A stretch of DNA of 40,473 nt from the NCBI RefSeq assembly GCF_001194135.2, contig NC_068984.1:69522459-69562931 (forward strand), given 5' to 3'. This stretch comes from Octopus bimaculoides. Lineage: Eukaryota. Shown in pieces: positions 33,591 to 40,473 of this stretch; position 1 is the first letter of the stretch, and the number at the start of each line of letters is the position of its first letter. The notes below the pieces were generated by a model that had not been told where the DNA came from, ran no database searches, and saw only the letters and a program-made list of their open reading frames with translations. Made by a program: the position numbers and the translations under genes.

Positions 33591-35379
33591 ACAAACACTT
33601 TATTGATTTCTAAAATCCACTAATGCAATAAAATTTTTTAAATATATACTTGTCACAAGATGCAATATTTTAGATGCCAATCCAATATCCTGTACCTCTA
33701 GCAACAATATCTATAATGAAGACAGTCATATATCTTTGTATTTTTCTTTATTTTCCATGTTTTTTTTTCCTTTTTTTCTTCCTTCTTTTTTTCTCAAACA
33801 TTTCTCTTTCAAGCATTGAATTCTGAAAATTGTAAATTTACTAATATGGATATACTGACATCTGTAAATAAACTGCTGTCTCAGCATAAGGCAGGAGCCT
33901 GTGTGTGGTGATGCATTTGTCACCTAAAGAAGAGAGAATCTTTCAGAATATATTTCAATGACTTTGTATATTTTTTGCTTGTCTTTTTGTTTTAACTTCC
34001 CATCAATGAAAATATTTAGATTGTATTTGACAATTCATAATAATGTTTGTTTTTCATTGACTGTGAATTTCTTAGAGAATTCTTTTGACATCAGTCAATG
34101 ATCTTTGTCTTGAACTGTCTAGGTTCCTCACAAACAAACGGAAGAAACAAGAAACTATGAAACAATGGAGACTGGCAGCAGACATTACATGCAACAGTTT
34201 GGAACCACTGTAAAACATCTAGTGGACTGACAATGTTATTTCTCATTAAGAACATTAAGCTAAGGTAAGATAATATCCAACTACAAAATTACAACAAGAA
34301 AGCTTGGATTTCAAATGTATCAAAGAACATCAAATAATGAGCTTACCATCCCATGTATCCTAGTATTAAAGCACTGAAGGAATTTAAAGGCAGCATCCAC
34401 ACCACTATTGGTATAATAAATTTTATAACCAGTTTTGATTTTATCACTTCTTTTATCAGTCTGATGACCAGACAACATATCAAAGGAAACTTTTAAATCC
34501 CTTAGTAAAAACAGTGATTTCAGAAACCAAGATATTGTCATAATCCTTCCCATTGTCATCATTATTGTAGTTGTCATCATCACCATCACCGTTGCCATCG
34601 TCACCATCATTGTCATCATCACCATCATCGTTTCACCAGTTTTTGCATGCTTCTATAGATTGGACAAGTCCTTTCGAACACAGCATCCTACTATTTGTTG
34701 CATTCCTTTGTCATCTTCATTTTAAAGTACACCGTTTTTTTTTCAGAGATCAACCTCCACCACTTCACCCTATGTCTTCTTGATTTACCTTCTTCATTGG
34801 CTTCTCCCACATAAATATTTTGTCACTTCTTCCATATGCTGTTGCTCTTGCACACTACAACTAATTCTTCTCATACCCAATTTACCTGTCAACTCATCTG
34901 TGTCTTGTTATTCATACACACTCATATTTACACATCTATCAAACCATGCGCACTTCATTTCTTTCCAAACTTTACAAATCTTCTGCATTTAGTAACTATA
35001 TATCAGACGTTTGGAAAATAACTTCTGCAAGGAAACTGATTAATTATTTTGTCTAGAGAACATTCAAAAGCAGCAGAAACCATTTATATAGTAATGATAG
35101 GTGCTCTTTCATGTAATCGGAAAGGCAGTCATCCAGGAAACAACAGATATGTGGTTCAATACCCATTCATTTTCCAATTATTCTTTTCTACCTCAAATTC
35201 ATATTTAAAAGCTTGATATCATTTTATAATGAAAATGTTATTAACAGTTAATCTCTTATTTTGGGCAATGCATCATATATATTCTCATATTTTCATATTT
35301 TCATATTCGCTTCTCATATTTTCATAAATAATCAAACAAAAGATTTGGTTCAATATTAAGGATATGCTTAAAATTGAAA

Positions 35380-35510
35380 CCCAGACCCAGGAAGATGTGG
35401 GAGCGGGGAAAAAGGATCTACAGATATTGGGACTCACAGAGGGTATGGCAGCGGACCTGATGGTTTGCTGTGCTTTAAAGACACATCAAGCTAAGTAAAA
35501 GCATAATTGT
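35380..35510 (+). mobile_element. RTE-like LINE C-terminal fragment
   Basis: RPRKMWE then (frameshift) KDLQILGLTEGMAAD; homologous to 2772-2850. Confidence 0.6.
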
Positions 35511-36294
35511 CCTTGCATACAGGCTCATCCCTTGTAACCCTCTCCAACTGATCATCCTATGAGATATAAAACTATTCCAATAAATACTCAAAATACTTTC
35601 TAAAGAAAGGATTGTTAGGATGGTCAAGCAAAAAGTACACCGAAATCATAATGTATCAATGCCTTTAAAGATAAAGAATCTCAGTGAAACATTCCAATTT
35701 CAACAGCAATCTGATTCAAATGTATCAGAACTGGTATTGCTCTGTGGAACAAGGAACAAATGTTGTGAACTACTGCATGCCAAATGTGAATATTTATATG
35801 TATGATATAATAAAATTGAGGAAAAAGATAACAATTTATGGTGAATAAAAGTAGAATCAACAACTATCCTGGTTACAGGGTTCATTTCCATCTGTTATTT
35901 TAGATGCACTTATAGACACATTTACAGATAATAGCCATAAATTTATACAGAAACCTGGAAATGGATTAGTTTTCTAAAATCAAACAAAGCAATCTGACTT
36001 GCAACACCCAAATATAATCGATTAGTGCATCAGTGAAGATGTGTGCGTATATGTATGTGTGTGTGTGTGCGAGGGTGTATACACATATATATATATATAT
36101 ATACACACATACTATACACAAACACATACATACTTTCATATATACATAAATATATGCGTTCATTTCTTGATGATCCATCTTCGTTGAGCATCAAAATGCA
36201 CTTGGAGCACTTACTGCAGGGCTCTATTCAACCATAATGATGAAATGCACATAAGAACTATAATATAAACTTGTGTTTATCCTTACTTCTCATA

Positions 36295-36895
36295 GTCTTT
36301 TATTCTTTTATTCCTTATACATTTCGGCATTACGTTATGGCCATGCTGGGGCACCACAAGTATTATTACCTTTTCAATGCCTGTTCTTATGTAAATGACT
36401 TTTGGTGAAGGAAGAAGTTCAATATTGTAGCCCTCTTCTTGAGTTTCTTGCAATGATGTAGGTTCATCTGGGGCCTTGAACAGCAAGAGACCAAGCTGTT
36501 TCTTGAAAGCATCCATCCTAACTCCTTACAGATCTCTCAGATGTTTTGGCAGGTTATTAAATAACCCCATGTCCTTGAGTCTTAAGCTATTGCAGTACAT
36601 GTTCCTCACACTAAACGGGATGGCTGGGGCCATTGGAACTGTGCAATAATGTCCAATTTGGGAGCTGGTATAGCTATTGATGCCAAAGTTTGGTGCCTAC
36701 CCCTCCAGGATATCACTGCATATCCCTCTCATCTTCTCTTTAGAGAGTAGAGTCATAACTCTTTCAGTCTCTCTAGTAGTTCGGCTGTTCCATTGAGGCT
36801 GGTGTAGTACTACTGAACTACTTTGAGTTCCACTATTAATTTGACACTGTGGGGTGACCACAATTGACAGCAGCAGTCCAGACAGCTGAGGACAA
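36295..36895 (-). mobile_element. 5'-truncated CR1-clade LINE 3' end (RT C-terminus, 3' UTR, tail)
   Basis: Minus, across frameshifts: CQLWSPH, RLKELxLYSL, ILEG..PNFGI, YCNSL..LFNNLPKHLRDL, DAFKKQL..PDEP; ends in ggtgccccagcatggcc and an (aataaaag)-like tail; 5' end abuts (TA)n. Confidence 0.8.
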
Positions 36896-36902
36896 ATGGA
36901 TA

Positions 36903-36968
<66 letters not shown>

Positions 36969-37194
36969 CACACACAAGCACATACAAACATACATATTTA
37001 TACACACGTATATATATTTACATGTATATGCGTGTATGAATACCTTTACACACTTGTATTAAAAGATTTACTACACAAGGTTTTGACATGACTATAGTTC
37101 GGTACCCTGCCAACTCCGTTTCCTCATAACTTTTTGAAGAAGCATTATGTTTTAATGGAATTTTGCTGAAATACTCAAATAGAAAGCTAGATCA

Positions 37195-37419
37195 AACAGG
37201 GAAATGGAGACAGATAAAGAGAGTGGGGTGAGAAAAGGAGGGAGGGAGAGGAAGAGAAAGATAGAGGAAGAGAGAGAGGAAGGGTGAGAGAAAAGGAAGG
37301 TGAGAGAAATTGGAGAAGAATATTGCGTGAAAAGAAAGAATCAATGAATGGGAAAGGAAATTGAAGAGAGAAGCATCATTGTTATGTTATTCATATGATA
37401 TTGATCTCAGAGGGAGAGG

Positions 37420-37459
<40 letters not shown>

Positions 37460-37504
37460 ATGAGAGAGAGAGAGAGGCAATGAGAGAGAAGCGATGAGAG
37501 AGAG

Positions 37505-37554
<50 letters not shown>

Positions 37555-37570
37555 TGGGAAAGAGAGAGCA
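37195..37570. repeat. Purine-rich / (GA)n tract
   Basis: Directly visible. Confidence 0.85.
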
Positions 37571-37714
37571 TGAGAAAATTAGGACAGAAGACTCATTTAT
37601 GATAATGAGAGTCTTTGAATTACATAATTGCTACATTGAATCTAATTTATATATGTTCTGTAAGATTCTATAGAAAAAGTAAATAATGGAACAATATCAT
37701 TATATTTTTTCATT

Positions 37715-38060
37715 AGTCTTATTGTTATTGCATACTTTCTCTGCACTAAATGCCACCCTGGGTGCCTTGGGTATGCACAGTATTTTATTCCTTTTTTTTT
37801 TATTTAGCTTTTCTATTGAATCAAAAATGTTCTATGTAATAGGTGTGCAGTGCCTAGTAGTGTTATTTTTTGGAATGTTGTGCTCATTCATAATTCCTTA
37901 TATGTGTCTGCTTATTTTTTTAGTCATTCCCAAAGCACCTATTATTATGGTGACTGTTTCTGTCTTCAGTTTTTGCATTCTGGTTATCTTTGTTTCCCAA
38001 TCTTTATACTTGGCTGATTTCTTTATTTCTTAGAAAAATTAATTAACATTTGTTGGGACC
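37715..38060 (-). mobile_element. R4/Dong-like non-LTR element, restriction-like endonuclease C-terminus and 3' UTR, decayed
   Basis: Minus: KSAKYKDWETKITRMQKLKTETVTIIIGALGMTKK, then (frameshift) KITLLGTAHLLHRTF; the KY..L..GALG..LGTA pattern is typical of RLE-clade C-termini. Confidence 0.75.
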
Positions 38061-39826
38061 TGCCATGCTCAGGCCCTTTTTTCTCTTTCTACCCCTTTTG
38101 AATATGGCTTTGTTAAAAAAATAATTGATCTTTAGAGAATAAGCCTTTAAAGCATCCTTTCTGTTCATCTTGAAAAAGGGTTTTCTTTTATTTACACTTT
38201 CTAACAATGCCCCTTTACTACAATTCAATACCATCCAATTTTTAATTATGCACTCATAATATCACACGTGACTGGTGAAGTTCTGAGTACAAGTTTGATG
38301 TGGGTGACTACTAACCCCAGTACTCTACTTTAAGTGACTCCGTGATGTATCACCTCTTAATTTTAGTTATTGATCTAACTTTTCATCTGCAGCTTTGACC
38401 ATATTCAGATAGGTACTCTTTATGCTCCATGTAATCTCTGTGTCTCCACTTTGTCTTCAGTACCCGTATGAAAACGTGCATGGTACCCTCTAGAGGGGAG
38501 TATTATAGACTTTCAGAAGCACTAAACTATAGCATCAATGTATTCATCCTGCTTCAGATGGTGAAGATGTATCTAGCAGAAATGAAATTTTGGCTGCTAT
38601 TTCTTGTCGGTTGACTGTGAAGGGCCCTTTGTTCAGAGTTTCATTAGTTGTAAAATAAGTAAATATTTCGTTTGATGTGTGTGTGCATGCATGTGTATGT
38701 ACATATGTGTATGTGTGAATGTGTATGTATGTGCTTGTGTGTGCAAGCTACACATACTGATGCAGACACACTTTGATGTGTGTTAAGGCTTTTATGTACA
38801 TGCAAACTGTGTGAGTTCCTGTGAAGTTAGATACATGATAGAATATGTAACCTTGGATGATTCCTTTTTTTCTCTTTTGAGACCTTCTCAAGGGATGTAA
38901 TGTTTACACTTGAGTATTAATGCAAAGGAATGAGCAACAAAACTGATATTTTATTCCGTATCCCAAGAGAACTTACCTCCTTACCAAATAAGCTTTTATC
39001 AGAAGTGTATATTGATTATATAGCTATTATTTTCACATTAGTTGGATTACGTCTGCATTCAGACTTGTTTATCCCATGAGTAAATTCTCTTAGATAATGT
39101 TTTCTCACTTTCAGAAGTTGTGTTTATGCAATTACTTTGACTTATATTTTCTGTTGTTCATTAATTTTTATAGCAAATTATTAGTTTAATATTAAGACTG
39201 TTTGCTAAAAATATTTGCTTTGATTTTTTTTTTTTTTTTTTTTNNNNNNNNNNTTTTTTTTTTTTTTTTTTGTTACCAGTTTTTATCCTTCATTTCATAT
39301 CAGGCTTTTGTAAAGGGTTTTTGATACAGAATGAATAAGAGAAGACGCCATATATCTTTTTTTTAATGTTTTTCTTATTTATTTTGACTTCATTGCATCA
39401 GTTTTACTTTAGTTATTAAAGATGTTCTGTTGGCAGAATGAGTAGAATGTATAAATATGAAATGTCATCATCATCAACATCAGCAGCAGTAGCAGCAGCA
39501 TCCTCATCATAGTTGCTGTCATCATCAAAGGTTATCATTATTTACATTACTGCTTCTTCCATTATGCCACAGGTGTGATATGGCCATGTACCAGCTTAAA
39601 CCTGAATGCAACAAAGTTATTCTAAATATAACTTGTACTTAATATAAAAGAAGTTATTTCATAAATGAAATACATCTCAATATAGGGCATAAACAAAATA
39701 AAGGTATAAAATTTAAAATCTAGATTAGGTTTTGTACTTAATTTGTGAATTTAACACTGTTTTCTTCCACATACTAGTGTGTGTGTGTGTATATGTGAGT
39801 GTGAAATTTTTTTTTGATATTATATA

Positions 39827-40098
39827 TCTACCATTACACATGTTTTATTTGTTAATAGGAGCTACAAAATTTTACATGTAGAAAAACCATCAGAAATTCT
39901 TCAGACAGAGAAACAAATAATACAAAATTAACATTTGGATGAAACATTTGTTTCATTAATAAAAGCTTCATCCAAATATAAATTTTATTTTATTTGATTC
40001 TTTGTCTGAAGAATTTCCAATCAGAAATATTTTACATATTTTTCTACATGTGCAATTTTTTAACTCCTATTAACAAATGAAACATGTGTAATGGTGAA
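39827..40098. mobile_element. Whole-length foldback MITE with probable TA TSD
   Basis: accattacacatgttt(t/c)atttgttaataggag (39830) pairs with 40095 end; gaaattcttcagaca and atttggatgaa pair with inner right arm; loop 39946-39964; TA at 39825-39826 and 40099-40100. Confidence 0.75.
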
Positions 40099-40299
40099 TA
40101 AATAATAATACCAATTTTTTTTGCCAGTCTCCTGCTTTGATATGTACTTACTGTGCAAAAATTTTTTTCCAGTATTTTCCAAATCTTATGCATATCTCAC
40201 ACAATTATAACATCCACATAGAATATTGGAGTACTGGACTAAATAGATGTGCCTGGAGATAACACAGCTTGGATTATGACCATATTCACATGCTCTTTG

Positions 40300-40417
40300 T
40301 ATGTATATATATATGTATGTATGTGTAAATATATATATATATATACATATTTATATATATATATATACACACACACATATACATACATACATACGCATGC
40401 ACACACAGACACACATA

Positions 40418-40473
<56 letters not shown>
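40300..40473. repeat. TA/CA compound microsatellite
   Basis: Directly visible. Confidence 0.95.

Noticed and set aside
34545-34630. Asp/Gly-rich frame on minus
   Set aside because: Degenerate (CAT/CAC)n microsatellite bounded by stops.
37686-38033. 115-aa hydrophobic ORF resembling a membrane protein
   Set aside because: It is the antisense shadow of the R4/Dong-like endonuclease C-terminus.

Overview
AT-rich, repeat-saturated eukaryotic DNA with nine N-gaps (580-1432, 2511-2600, 4809-5750, 6615-6897, 24795-24869, 27047-27353, 28054-28541, 31425-32226, 39244-39253). The SINE families and microsatellite load look like an octopus/coleoid cephalopod genome (inference from recalled repeat families, no search run). 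I can support no intact host gene; most ORF-track entries are microsatellite or gap artefacts. Recognisable content: many tRNA-derived SINEs of several families; a decayed Helitron Rep/PIF1-helicase (~22285-24500, minus); Penelope-like (PLE) remnants including a GIY-YIG C-terminus; CR1-like, RTE-like and R4/Dong-like non-LTR fragments; mariner/Tc1 remnants; and a foldback MITE. The best signal is a ~190-bp inverted repeat (3654-3845 / 4130-4320). Each arm carries a minimal type I hammerhead ribozyme fold with a different catalytic-core lesion, and together the arms reconstruct a complete CUGAGGA core. Other notable items: a SINE/CR1-LINE shared 3' tail, a triple SINE array with a repeated spacer motif, and a duplicated 105-nt exon-like module. 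All alignments and translations were done by eye, so coordinates of decayed repeats are approximate.
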